From contig OZ024747.1 in the NCBI GenBank assembly GCA_964016885.1, forward strand, positions 70,122,001 through 70,186,000: DNA of 64,000 bases, given 5' to 3'. Below, one piece after another: positions 28,487-42,055 of the stretch. Under the pieces are notes generated by a model. The model was not told the DNA's origin. It saw nothing but the letters and a program-made list of their open reading frames with translations, and did no database searches. This DNA is from Eledone cirrhosa (lineage: Eukaryota). The position numbers were made by a program, and so were the translations under genes. The first letter of the stretch is position 1, and the number at the start of each line of letters is the position of its first letter.

Positions 28487-28490
<4 letters not shown>
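28301..28490 (+). mobile_element. Palindromic element with a CTGATGA..GAAA core on both arms
   Basis: Inverted repeat 28301-28418. Minus strand reads CTGATGAtttctcctgaatGAAAC, plus strand reads CTGGTGAtttctccagaatGAAA. A gtattgagttcct tail and (TA)n follow. Confidence 0.5.
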
Positions 28491-28528
<38 letters not shown>

Positions 28529-29280
28529 TATATAGATATAACACTGTTAATCACTTCAGTGCCATGATAAAAAGGACAGTTATATTGTTAGCATTAGGAA
28601 GGACATTCAGCTGTAGAAACCAACCCAAAATACAGTTGATTAAACTAAGAACCATATAATGCAAACTGATGATTCATGCATTAAAAATAATGCTCCTTCT
28701 AGATTTGAATTCATATCAATTTTTTTTCTCTCATAACCTCTTGATCATTACGCACACACATAAATACACATGCTTATGAACACAAATACATCTATGTAAA
28801 CTCACACACACACTATCACTCTTATGTCTTATTTAAATGTAGTGGAAAGTAGAAGTTACAAATAAAAGACATGCATATTGTATTTAATTTTTCTCCACCT
28901 GGCATTCAAATTTTTGTATAGTGACAACTTTATATTTTTAATTTTCTTTTTTTAGTTATCATATCCGAGACATGTACTAGTGTTGAATTAATTGCCCCTG
29001 CTTTAAATATTTGAGATATTTTGTTACACTAATTCATCTTTATTGACATCTTTTCATCACATTCATTTTTGCTTGTTCTTTTCTCTTTTTTTTTTTGTGG
29101 TTTTACATCTTTTTTCCCATGTTTGTATGAGTGGAATGATTTATTTGTTTAAACGATTGTGTTTTATCAATGAGATGTCGCTTCTTATGTTAACAATTTA
29201 ACTATGAAATATGCATAGAACCTATTCTGTGTTTATTCAGGTAAATAGTCAGAGTTAGGAGCTACCATCAGTGGCATAAT

Positions 29281-29464
29281 AATTGTTTCTACCTTTTGGC
29301 ACAAGGCCAGCAATTATCCCAGTGTATCACTGGTACTTTATTTTATTGACCCTGTAAGGATGAAAGGCAAAGTTAACCTCGGTGGGATTTGAACTCAGTC
29401 CGTAAAGGGACGTAACTGTGCTGCAAAGCATGGCGTCCGACCCTCTACCGATACTGCCAATCCA
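29281..29464 (-). mobile_element. SINE family A
   Basis: Matches the family consensus, with A/B boxes. Confidence 0.88.
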
Positions 29465-30544
29465 GGATCTTGCCAAGAAACTGAATGATACACCTGCAGT
29501 GGATTTTGAACACAGAATACATTATTCAGTAGTCTAATAGCATGTACACATGGCCATTTCACACTTCACTTTCTTTACCTTTTTAAACATTCAGAAGTTT
29601 GGTTTAATTATCTGGATTTATATTTAGAATAGCTTTTGGGAAGCCATGTAAGTGTATTAGATAGGAAACTAGCAAACTCCAGTTCACTGAGAGGCTTGAC
29701 TGTGTGAATATTTAAATTACATCTTGCAGGAAGCTGGAAGCTAATGATGTGAACATCATTTCAAATGCTCAGTCAAGCACTAGTAAATTCATTAATTATC
29801 CTTTTTTGTTTTTGCTAAGCACTTCCACTGTCCACGTTTCACACCCAACCTGCCTGCTCCCTGCACCATACATTCCTCACATCTTCTACCTTTTCTAGTC
29901 ATTAATCCCTCCCACTAACAGCAATACCTGCACCCTACAATACATATACACCTCCACTATAGTTGTTAATTTCAACTTTAATACATCTCTCTTCTCATTT
30001 TCATTGCTGTTCATCTTATTCTTTACTTTCTCATTTCCTAACTTCTTATTCTTTACTAATCTTCCCCCTCCTCTCACTTTCATTTTCACCACATCTATCT
30101 TTTATCCTCTTACTATCACCTTTAATTTGCTTCACACATTCTTACTTCCACATTGCACCTAACTCCTCCTACTACTCTAAACTTTCCATACCTTCCTCCT
30201 ATTTTCCACTTCTACTCTTCTTATGCTAACACCCCTTACTTTTGCATGAATCCCTGCATTCATTTTCACAGCATCTCCTCTTCCCTCTCATTACCACATT
30301 CCCATTTTCATACCTTCTCTAAATAATTCTTTCTCCTCTCTTCTTACCCTTCATTATCTATTTTCCCTCATCTCACTAAACTCTAATTCCGTAACTTAAC
30401 TTTCCTCCCACTCATCCCCCTTCTATATTCTCTTCACCAGTATCTCTACCTGCCCATCTTCACTTTTATTCTATATAGCACCATTTTCATTGCCCCTCCT
30501 CTTTATCAACACTCATTACCTCATCATCTACATATTTTCATGAA

Positions 30545-30579
<35 letters not shown>

Positions 30580-30762
30580 CAAGCATATATATATATATAC
30601 ACACACACACAGACAAGCATATATATATATATATACACACACACACAGACAAGCATATATATATATATACACACACACACAGACAAGCATATATATATAC
30701 ACACACACACAGACAAGCATATATATATACACACACACACACAGACAAGCATATATATATAT
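30545..30762. repeat. ~30-bp minisatellite (TA)n(CA)nGACAAGC, about 6 copies
   Basis: Seen directly in the sequence. Confidence 0.9.
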
Positions 30763-30841
30763 ATTCTTTTAATATTTACTAGTTTCAATGATTAGACTGG
30801 GACACAGCCTTAAAGTCAATCAAATACACACAGAGAGAAAC

Positions 30842-30906
<65 letters not shown>

Positions 30907-30910
<4 letters not shown>

Positions 30911-31014
30911 GGATGGATTCAGTTTGAACCTGGTTAGACCATTACTCAACAGAGTACTCAATACTTGGGATAGTTGAGTATGGTTATATTATAAAGAGTC
31001 AGACTGACTCTATA

Positions 31015-31057
<43 letters not shown>

Positions 31058-31146
31058 GTAATAATAAATATAATGACCATATATATATATATATATATGC
31101 TATAGAGTCAGTCTGACCCTTTATAATATAACCATACTCAACTATA
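30907..31146. mobile_element. (TA)n-embedded fold-back element of the AGAGTACTCAATAC family
   Basis: Inverted arms 30970-31018 and 31098-31146 surround a TA spacer. The motif lies at 30951-30964. Confidence 0.55.
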
Positions 31147-33149
31147 GTAATAATAAATATAATATAAAGACCATATATTTTTATATATATATATATATAT
31201 ATACACTTATAACTATATATACTGTACAAATATATCTTTCTTTGTTTATTTGATTTCATTTCTTTTCTAGTGTCTTATCTCTCTAAATCTCTCAGTTCTC
31301 CATATGTTTCACTCTATCCCTTTTCCTTCCTATGCTTCTCACTAACTCCTCAATCCATCACCCTTTCTCACTCCCTCCAGTTTTCTCTATCTCCATAACT
31401 CTATACACTGCTCTTCTTTAATGCCTTGTGTTTCTGTCCCTCTTTCTATCTCTCTCTTTGTCTCTCCTATTCTATGCAGTTTATCCCACCTCTTCATTTA
31501 CCTTTTATCTCTCTCTCATACACGATCTGTCTCTCTACTATGCTCTCTCCTCCATCTTTCTTTCTCACACTTATTTCTTCCCAATTTCGCCACTTCCACC
31601 TTACTATAGTTCTTTCATTCCTCAATCCATCTATTACTCTTTCATTTCTCCCTCTCTCACTATCACTTCCTCCCTCTTACTTCTCATTTTCTTCACTGCC
31701 ACATTTTCTTTATCATTTTCACACGTCTGCCTCCCCCTTCTCTCTCTCTCATTCTCTCCCCCCTCGCTCTCTCTCACTCTCTCTGTCTCCTCCTCTCTCT
31801 CTCATTGTACATACGTTCTATTCCAGCTATCCTAACAAGGCAGTTGACATGCTCATTCCATGATGCTGCCACTACTGATGCTGATTATGATGATAATGAC
31901 ATTGATGTTCCCACCCCACCCATCTCCAGCTGCTGCTCTGTCAGTATGCTCTACTGGCCACACTTTGGGAAAGAATTCAGCCGTCACTATCTCTTATGTC
32001 CAGCCTGCTTTTGTTTTATGGCATAAGGTCAAGATTTCCTTCATGGTCACTGCATTGGGTCATAAGTTCCCAGGACCCCTTCACTATCATCTCTCCTTCC
32101 AACCTTTCCTCATCACCATCTCTCCTTTTCTTCCTCTTCCCTTCCTTCCACGCACTCTCATTCCAAGGAAAAGCCAAACCAAACCCCAGCTCCTACACAA
32201 CCTACCACACACCAAAACCTCCCATTCAGTAATGCCATCTTTTCTTTCTTCTGATATATAATGTTTAAAGAAGGAGTGATGGTAAGAGGTGACAGGATGT
32301 GAAGTTAGGTAGCTTAGTGGTTACTGGTCAGTAGATTTATCTCCCCTGCCACCCTTCTCTAGCATATAAATGCACATACATATGCATATAGACAAGGACA
32401 CACAAACATATACATATAAACATAGTCAAACACACACTTTCTCTCTGTCTCCAAATAACTCTATCATCAACATACCTCCTTGACACCCCCCTACTTTGAT
32501 ATAAGACTGAGTGAATACAAATGGCAACAATACTACTATATAACGATGGTACCTATGGAAACTGACTAAGGTTCATCGGGCATGATCCCAGAGGAGAGTT
32601 TGAAACTGCACACTCTATTTTGACAGATACCAATCTGACAGTACTAAATACCAACTTACTCAAAATAGGAATTAGTTTCTTGAGTAGAATGTAATTATGA
32701 AAGTCAATTCAATAGAAAATGGTTGTTGGAGCAGGAAAGATTATAATGGAGAAGGTTGGTTGGTTGGAAGGTGGTAGTTGAGAGTTGAAATTGTTATTGT
32801 TGTTGTTGATGTTGGTGATCATGGTGGTGATGGTAGTGGTGGCAGTGATGGTAATGACTGAAGAAGGGTGAGCTATGTGATAGGTAGGGGTGAAAAGGAG
32901 CTTTAGTAAATAAAGGGGAAAGAACTAAGAACACTAAGCAGTATTATCCAACACACCATAACTGACCATTGGGCCCCACATGTTAATGGAAAGTGGGGAG
33001 GCAGAAATAATAGGTTGCCATAAATATATTCTTATGCTCTTTTAATGAACCTGCTTATTTGTATCCTTTCTCTTAAGCTTCCTTCATTCAATTTATTCAG
33101 TAACAGCAGCAGCAATAATAGCAGTTGTAAACTCCTTAGATTGTATGTG

Positions 33150-33650
33150 TGTGTAGGACTTCTGTCAGTTTCGATGGCACACATTCCAGTTGGTTGTTTG
33201 ACCAATGGAACAGCCTGTTTGTGAAATTAACATGCAAGTTCCTGAGCATTCCACAGATTCGTGTACCCTTAATGTGGTTTTCAGGGATACTCAGCATTAA
33301 ATAATTGTTTCTGATTTAGGCACAAGGCCAACAATTTCGAGGGGAAAGTCGATTAAATTGACCCCAGTATATTACTGGTACTTTATTTTATCGCCCCCGT
33401 AAGAATGAAAGACAAAACTAACCTTGGTAGGATTTGATCTCAGAACATAAAGGGCCTAAACTCTATGCCTCAAAGCATGTTGTTCAATGCTCTAAGAGAT
33501 ACTGCCAATCCGTGACAATTATAGGAACAAGTTATTTTTTACAGCTGAGTGGACTGGCGTGCCTTGCTCAAGGACACAATACACTACTGGGAATCAGACT
33601 TATGAGCTTATGATTATGAACTAAACGACCTAACCATTAAGCTGTGCACC
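33150..33650 (-). mobile_element. Old CORE-type SINE interrupted by a SINE family A copy (33304-33512)
   Basis: ccttgctcaaggacaca (CORE-like) and a decayed tRNA head at 33560-33650. The body at 33160-33297 resembles the reverse complement of 47530-47635. Confidence 0.55.
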
Positions 33651-35369
33651 TTCCCTCAGACTACACACACGAAAATTTACATCTACACACATCTACACAT
33701 GTAGAAATATATTCTTTAAATCCTCTCTCCAACTTTTTGTCTGTCCTTTTCTCAACCTTTCTACTCTTCTGTCATCTACCCACTTTACTTCTCTGTCTCT
33801 AGTTCTTCCTCAATTCTTTCCATTAGCTCTAATAATATTTGATCTCTCCCAAGAGCTGCAGTTAGTTAAGTTGGTAGAATGTTGAATACTGGACAACTAG
33901 CACAAGAGTCCAAGGTTACAAAATTGTTGTGTCCATAGTGAAAACTCTTAACTTTCAAATAATCCAGTCTACCTTTCAGTATATAGGTACCATGTAAAAT
34001 AATGAAGATATACAAAGGCAATTACTGCAACTAATGAGATCCATGTTTATAGAAATTAAACACAGAAGAGCTAAATCTCCTCACGATATATATATGAAAA
34101 ACAACACTTCTTAGATGATCTGGTATCTCTTCCTAACAATTCAGTAAATAGATTCGTGTGAAATTAAAGAATTTGTCCACATACACAACAAAGCTTAACT
34201 CATATTCCAATATGTTATATCTGCTTCAACTAGAAGGTAACATAGAAGGTAGAGCTTACTATTGGAAGCAACTGGGTGACTATATAATTGTTGACATTGA
34301 GTTTTTACTATTATACGTTTTTGTATTGAATATGTTTTGTGTTAAAATTTGGAATGAAATAATTCATATCAGAGATACCTTATTCATCATCATCATCATC
34401 ATAACAAATAACATATTGCATAGCAGCCATATAAAATGACAGTCACTTTTCATAATTCTTAAAAAACTGGGAAAAATGAGTTTTGATATCACTGGTGCCA
34501 AGCACTATTGGCCTTTGGCTTTCATTGATGATGTGAAGAGGGGAAACTATTAGGCATGGGCAACTACTGGTCTTACATAAAAAACACCTTACAGGGTTTG
34601 TGCCTTGGAAGAAAACATTCTAGGTGCACAATCCATTACCATTCATAACCAAAGGGAGTCTTTACACATTTTACTATTATAAATATATGTATATATATAT
34701 ATATATGTATATATTTCTCTTCTATTCTTTCTCAAATTCTGCTACATATTATCTCTTAATTTTTCAATATCCCTGCCTCACATCGCTATTATTATAGGGA
34801 TTTCTCTATATAGTTTGCTCATTCCTGTTTTATCACATGCCTTCCTAAATCTTATACTATTTATCTTACTCAGACTTGCAATCCCTTGAAACTTCCATCC
34901 CAACTTCCTTCAGTTCAAAATGAATGTATACTGCATCCAATTTACCACACAGGCAATATCGACAACAATTGCATGTATGCTCCTTCCCTTCTAACAACAA
35001 AATTCAATCAAAGTCTATAAATCTAATATTTTTCTATGAATTGTGTTATGTAAAATATTAACTTTTAGCAACAAGTTGCTCATTCAATATGATGGAAATA
35101 GAAATTAAATTTACCTAAAATCCTACAGTTTCATCTTAGAAAAAAAAAGGACTCATTAAATAATATATTTCTAAATACATTATACAGGAAAAATAGAGGA
35201 TTATCATGGCTGGAACACGTTTGATCATAGAAACTGCTCAGTCAGGATTGACATAGAGTTGAACAACCAACAACAACAACTTTCAGTTATTTAACTATTG
35301 AAATATTTTAATATTTCTGGCTGTATTTCATGTTTAGTAGTCATTTTAGTCTGAGAAGAATATGTGCCT

Positions 35370-35672
35370 ATCATCATCATTTCATTTTATGTCCACTTTT
35401 CCCTGCTTGCAAGAGTGGGACGGGAACTGATTCTGGCTTGATTTCTACAGCTGGATGCCCTTCCTAGCACCAACCTCATTTACAGTGAGTACTGGGTGCT
35501 ATTTTGCCGTGGCACCTCCACGACCACTTTGCAGTGGAATTATAGGGACCTCAGTCCCTATCATCTCATTTCCACAGCTGAGTAAACTGGAGCAATGTGA
35601 AATAAAGTGTCTTGCTCAAGGAAACAACACATCACCTGGTCTGAGAATTGCAATGCTCTAACCACTAAGCCA
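35370..35672 (-). mobile_element. tRNA-headed CORE-type SINE with RTE-derived tail (head internally deleted)
   Basis: Close match to 39775-40137. Confidence 0.8.
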
Positions 35673-37039
35673 TGTATGTGAGAATTAAGTATATATGTAA
35701 CTTTTGTATGTGTTTGTTCATGCATGTGTGACTACTATACTAATTTTAACTAAGAGCTTCTGTACAGCAAATTATTATGTGTCTATATCTCGACTCATAC
35801 ACTGTTCACTTTCCTGACATTTGTACACTATTTTATGTACTATACATGCACCTTTGATGAGTTGTAGTGCATCTGAGCACTGTACACAACCATTTTCGTT
35901 ATCATTATTATTGTATACCTGCTGGTGACTGTTTATTCTGGTTCTTTCAGGGTTAAGTAAATGTCTAAAACATAGACTGAAGATGGTTCTTCATATAGAT
36001 AACTTGATCAAAATGATTTTTATTCATCAGGAACTGCATCAAGACTATTTTCCATTAACCACTAGAGTATTTTATGGGTTGATTAAGAGATATTTTCTGT
36101 TTACCTGTATGATACGCTCAAACCATCATAAAATAAACAAATAAAAATAATTTCAATTATTGGTTCCATAGCTCTTAAAAGATTGGAATTTTCCAAGCCA
36201 TTAACTCTTTAGGTGATAGAAAATGATTGATCTAAGACTGAGAAGGATCTCTCTTTCTTTCCTTCTTTACTGATATATTTATCCATCTTTCTATCTATCC
36301 ACATATCTGTTTATATGTATATCTATCTCACTCTTTTTTATGACAAGGCTGATTATAAAGGTATGAGTATATACTTATTATCAGATGGAATTCAAATGAT
36401 AGTCACTACCATTAAAGTTAAATGTTATAAATATAATGGCAATAGTTTTACTTTGCTATAAATATTTTAGTACAATTACTTGATTGCGACAGGTTAGAAC
36501 TGATGTAATTTTTATTGCTTATCTTTAATATATTTTCGCTACTTTTTGATATTTCTATAGACTTAGTTGATAGTGATTTAAAATTATTTCTTAATATATT
36601 TCACTAGTATTAACCTATTATTTTGGAAGAAATTCATTTTCTTTTTTTTTTTTCCATGGAGGAAATACAGTCAATAGATTCATCTCCAGAATATATTCTT
36701 TGTTTGAGAAACATACATTAACATAAATATGCTTCTTTTTCTTCATATATGTGATTTCTAGTTATAATCATTAACCTTGGGAGTGATTGGCTCTACAAAG
36801 CTGGCCTACCCCTAAAAAGGGTGGGCCCTCAAACTGGTTGTCACTTGTTCCATTAGATATTCTCAAATTAATCCTGCCCAAACTAACAAAACAACCTCTA
36901 CATAGTAATTTGAACAACAAGAAACAGCAACCATGAAGTTATAGGCTATTGTTTTAAAAGAAGAATTAAATATTAGATAATCTACTTCTAAAAACACTAT
37001 GCTTGAATATATATGTATATATATATATATATATATATA

Positions 37040-39565
37040 GTGGGAATTCCTGAAAGTTAACCTGCTGAAGGCAACAGATGAAATCTGTGGCTGGAGCAGA
37101 CCTATAGGCATGAGGAGAGTAACTTGGTGGTGGAATAGTAAGGTGGAGGAGTCAATCAAGGCCAAAAAGCAAGCTTGGAAATTATGGTGGGATGGGGGAA
37201 GTAGAGAACACTATCAAGTGGCCAGGAGAGAAACTAGGAGACAAGTGTACATTACAAGATGGGAAGCAGTGGAAAGAAAGTTCAAGTATTTTCTACAATG
37301 CGAGGACCAAAAACATGAGGTGTTCAGGATTGAAAGACAATGTGTCAAGGAAAACCATGATATTGTCGGGGAGAAGTGTGTCCGTAACGATGATGGTGTA
37401 CTTGCCATCACTGATGCTGATAAGAAGGTAGCTTGGAAGTGTCACTACGAAAGGCTTCTAAATGAGGAGAATAAAATTGGAAAAAGACAGTCTGCCCCAA
37501 ATCGATCCAATAGAGGGACCAGCAGTGCAAGCTGAAGGTAGTGTAGTAAGTAAGGCAATCAAAGATATGAAGACAGGCAAGGCAGCTGGGCCTTCGGAGA
37601 TAGTTGCTGAAATGCTGAAAGCATCTGGAATGGTGAGATACACTATGGTCACCTGGATAGTAAACCAAGTCATACAGAATGGGGTCATACCAAATGACTG
37701 GTGTAGCAGCATCATCATTAACTGCTACAAGGGTAAAGGAGATGCCCTAGATAGGGCAAACTATAGAGGCATTAAATTGATTGACCAGGTCATGAAAGTC
37801 ACAGAAAGAGTTAAGACGCAACTAATCAGAGAGCGAATTGATCTAGATGAAATGCAGTTTGGGTTTGTGTCAGGTAAAAGTACCACAGACGCTCTTTTCC
37901 TTGTACGACAACTACAGGAGAAGTACCTAGCTAAAAGTAAACCCCTATACTTAGCTTTTGTTGACTTGGAGAAAGCCTCTGACAGAGTCCCCCGCTCCAT
38001 TATCTGGTGGGCTCTTAGAAGACTAAGTGTTGATGAATGGCTTGTGAGAGCTATACAAGCCATGTATAAAGAAACAGTCAGTAAGGTTAGAATTAACAAT
38101 GAATATAGTGAAGAAATTAGCGTAAATGTTGGTGTTCATCAAGGCTCTGTCCTTAGCCCCCTCCAATTTATTATAACAGAGGAGTTCAAGACTGGCTGCA
38201 CATGGGAACTTCTATATGCAGATGATCTAACGCTCATAGCTGAATCGATGGCTGAACTAGAGAAGAAATTCCAAACATGGAAGCATGGCCTTGAATCAAA
38301 AGGCCTTAAAGTTAACTTGCCTAAGACTAAAATTCTAGTATGTAAAAAGGAAAATAGGGTACAGTTACCCTCTGGCAAATGGCCATGCTCAGTGTGTAGG
38401 AAAGGAGTAGGCAGAAACTCCATTTTATGTCCCAAATGTAAACTATGGGTACATAAAAGATGTAGCGGGATCACAGTTAAGCTATCTAAGAACGTAGATT
38501 TTATATGTGGCCGATGCTCAGGTGCAATAAGTAGCAAGTGCCCACAGGACACTAGCTCTTTCTATTGCCCAGATGGTTCTATAGAAATAGTGGACACCTT
38601 CCGTTACCTGGGTGACAAAATCAGCAGTGGTGGAGGGTGCTCTGAAAGTACAGTAGCCAGATTCAGAACGGGGTGGAAAAAGTTCACAGTTTATACCACT
38701 ATTGACCACTAAAAATGAAAGGCAGATTGTATGATGCCTGTATACGAACAGCAATGTTACATGGCAGTGAGTCATGGGCTTTGTGTGCAGAGGATCTACG
38801 CAGACTAGAGAGGAACGAAGCTTGCATGCTCCGCTGGATGTGTAATAGTAATATACGTGAACGGCAAAGCATAAATGAACTAAGTGAGAAATTAGGAATA
38901 AGAGGGATCAGATGCTGTTTACTCGAAAGAAGACTACGTTGGTATGGTCACGTGATGTGCATGAAAGACAACAGTTGTATAAAAAAGTTCAGGGCGATAA
39001 AAATTGACGGAAGTTATGGAGTAGGTAGACCCAGAAAAACCTGGGACGATTTGATAAATTCCGACCTTACACACTTACACCTCTCTAAGACAATGTCACT
39101 GGACCGAGAGTTTTGGCGCTATGCAGTAATACAGAAGACCCACCTTGCCTATGTACAAAGCAAAACCTACAGTCAGTAGGCACCTCTTAACCAAATATAT
39201 ACCCCATCCCACTACCCCCTAATCCACCCCAACCCCCACTCCCATCAACACTACCCTTTCTCTGTAAAGTTATGTTGGTACCACAACATCCAGTCCAAAA
39301 TAAATGTGGTCGTGTAGGTGTCACGGCAAAAAAACACATAGACCACGCTGTAATGTGGCCATGTAGGTAACATGGTAAAAACCTCCCAGTTACATACTGT
39401 AAACGTGGTTGGTGTTAGGGAGGGCATCCAGCCGTAGAAAACCTGCCAGGCAGCGCTATATGAGCGAGACATGGTCACCCGACCAATCTTGCTTCAAGTA
39501 GGACAATTCCCATCTAAACACATGCTTAGCGTGGAAGATAGACGTTAAACGTTGATGATGATGTT
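37040..39565 (+). mobile_element. 5'-truncated RTE-clade LINE (RT with embedded PHD finger), inactivated by frameshifts and deletions
   Basis: Three consecutive ORFs (37110-37535, 37462-38712, 38715-39179) carry NYRGIKL, QFGF, FVDLEKASD, GVHQGSVLSP, LLYADD, RYLG, RRLRWYGHV and GRPRKTW. The 3' UTR has a (GAT)n tail. No endonuclease domain is present. Confidence 0.95.
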
Positions 39566-39774
39566 AGTGCACTAGCAGCCAAAATGCATGATAATGTTAT
39601 ACCTGTACACATGCAGAGTAGGTAGGTCAGAAAATTGATTAAAGTTGTTTATCACTTTTTAAATTTATAGGGAAATTCGTATTTTCTGGCAAGTTTTCAT
39701 GCCTATATTAAATATATACATATACATATTAGTGCAGACTTAGTTATCCACTCTGTATATAATAATATATCTCA

Positions 39775-40137
39775 TTTGACTTCCGCTTTTCCCTGTTTGC
39801 AAGGGTGGGACGGGAACTGATTCTGGCTTGATTTCTACAGCTGGATGCCCTTCCTAACACCAACCTCATTAACAGTGAGTGCTGGGTGCTTTTTTTCCAT
39901 GGCACCTACACGTCCACTTTTACAGTGAGGGCTGGGTGCTTTTGTGCCGTGGCACCTCCATGACCACTTTGCAGTGGAATGATAGGGACCCCAGTCCTAT
40001 CATCTCATTTCTACAGCTGAGTAAACTGGAGCAATGTGAAATAAAGTGTCTTGCTCAAGGAAACAACACATCACCCGGTCTGAGAATTGAACTCACAACC
40101 TTTCGATTGCAAGGCCAATGCTCTAACCACTAAGCCA
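39775..40137 (-). mobile_element. tRNA-headed CORE-type SINE with RTE-derived tail
   Basis: Minus strand: A box TGGCTTAGTGG, B box GAGTTCAATTCTC, CORE-like ttccttgagcaagacactt, then 43-bp units and aggaagggcatccagctgtagaaa shared with the RTE 3' UTR. Confidence 0.85.
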
Positions 40138-40777
40138 TAAATATAGATATAACTTTCTCTCTCTCTCTCTCTCTCTCTCCCTCTCTCAATATATATTTCA
40201 ACAAAATCACCGACAAGAAAAAAATGTTCTGTATATGAAAACAGCTAATTTATTATGCATCACATTCAAAACATTGCTACCTTGTGTTCCATGGCTACAT
40301 TTTATCATCTCAGTCGATAAATATAATTCAAGACTGGCATGGTTGGGTATGATTTGAATGAGATATAGGTGCTCTGACTAGCTGTTTGAATAACCACGTA
40401 AGGATGTCTCTATTAGCTCATTTGTTAGCCACCTGTTAATTGTAAATATTGTATATATGTTTGACTAAGCTTATAATAATGAGCTTTATCAACAATTAAA
40501 TACAATAGTTATCCAAATATGAACTTTGAATGTTCTTCAGCTCACCATTCATACACCTAAATCTCTTTCATAGTACATTAATTTGTAATAAAAACAATGC
40601 AACTTCTATAGTGAGTTAAGAGGGATTTGAACTCAGCTTGTTGAAATATCAAATTATACATTAAAAAGTATCAAATACACTCACCCACTCTATACTACGA
40701 ACTTAACCACTCCTATATTTGTTAATATTTACTAATATAAGAACTTCATATAAGCTGTTGTTAACTATATATAAATT

Positions 40778-41067
40778 AATTGTTTCTACTTTGAACTCAG
40801 AATGTAAAGGGCCATAAATCTATTCTACAATCCATAGTGTCCAACGCTCTACCAATACTGGCAATCCACCTAATAATAATTGTTTCTACTTTTGGCACAA
40901 GGCCAGCAATTACCCAGTACATTACTGGTACTTTATTTTATCGACCCCGTAAAGATGAAAGGCAAAGTCAACCTCGGCGGGATTTGAACTCAGATCGTAA
41001 AGGGACGTAACTATGCTGGAAAGCATGGCGTCCGACCCTCTACCGATACTGCCAATCCACCGCCCTT
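40778..41067 (-). mobile_element. SINE family A dimer (an internally deleted copy plus a full copy)
   Basis: The full copy spans 40878-41067. A flanking duplication tatataaattaat encloses both units. Confidence 0.85.
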
Positions 41068-41809
41068 ACTATATAAATTAATGTAATACCTTCAGGCCAG
41101 ACACCCACTTAGGTTTAGCTGTACAGGACTGGCTGATGAGAATTGTAGAAATGTGATGGACAAATGAAGCTAAAGCTGGTGATTGGTAGCGAGATAAAGA
41201 GTGAGGTATTAAGGCCTGTCACAACAGGTTAGCCAATGAAGCAAAATCTTGATAAATATGTTGGTGGATATCTTTGCAGAAGATTTGAGATAAATCCTAG
41301 AATGATTGTCAAAAGAAAGTTTTATTATATTAATTCCATGCTCTGAAAGGTGCAAGAGAAATAAATGGAGTAAAAAGAAATTCCTTATTTTATATGCCAA
41401 GAGAGAGAGATTATAAGTCATATAATAATTTTAAAATGAAATAAATCTTTGTTTAAGTAGAGAACTAACTAGATCACACATATTTGATATGTTACAGTGA
41501 GAATTACTTTAAAATGAAAGAATGAATGCATTTTCATCATTTCCATTGTATTCTTGCTTGAGGCCTCAGTTGTGTTTGGCCATTCACACACGCACACACA
41601 TATGTTATGGGGGTGGGTTTAGGAAATGCATCTGAAAATATATGTTTTTCTATTTTCCTCTGTGAATATATCACAGAGTTTTGAGAATGTAAAACAGTGA
41701 CACTCATTCAGCCTGTAACGGCATGAATTAGACTGTAGTCAATATAGAATTTAGCATGTAGTGCAAGCTTGGCTGGTTACATTTAACTCGCTGCCATTAA
41801 ATACATGTA

Positions 41810-41882
<73 letters not shown>

Positions 41883-42055
41883 TGCAATACTGATATTGGG
41901 GAGACCACTAATCATGAGAGTATTCAAGACATGGGAAGGTGCAGAGTGGGTATAGAGATAGGTAAAACCCTAATAGCGGCACCATACAATTTCGGCTTGT
42001 GTTACACACAACTCAAAACTGCATGGCGCCACAGTCGGGATTCTATCCCTGTGTG

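Noticed and set aside
37761-38552. Antisense ORFs over the RTE (also 42509-43411)
   Set aside because: Shadow frames of the RT ORF.
40075-40137. tRNA gene-like sequence (also the heads of SINE family A)
   Set aside because: A/B boxes are present but there is no complete cloverleaf or acceptor stem, and the sequence continues into a SINE body.
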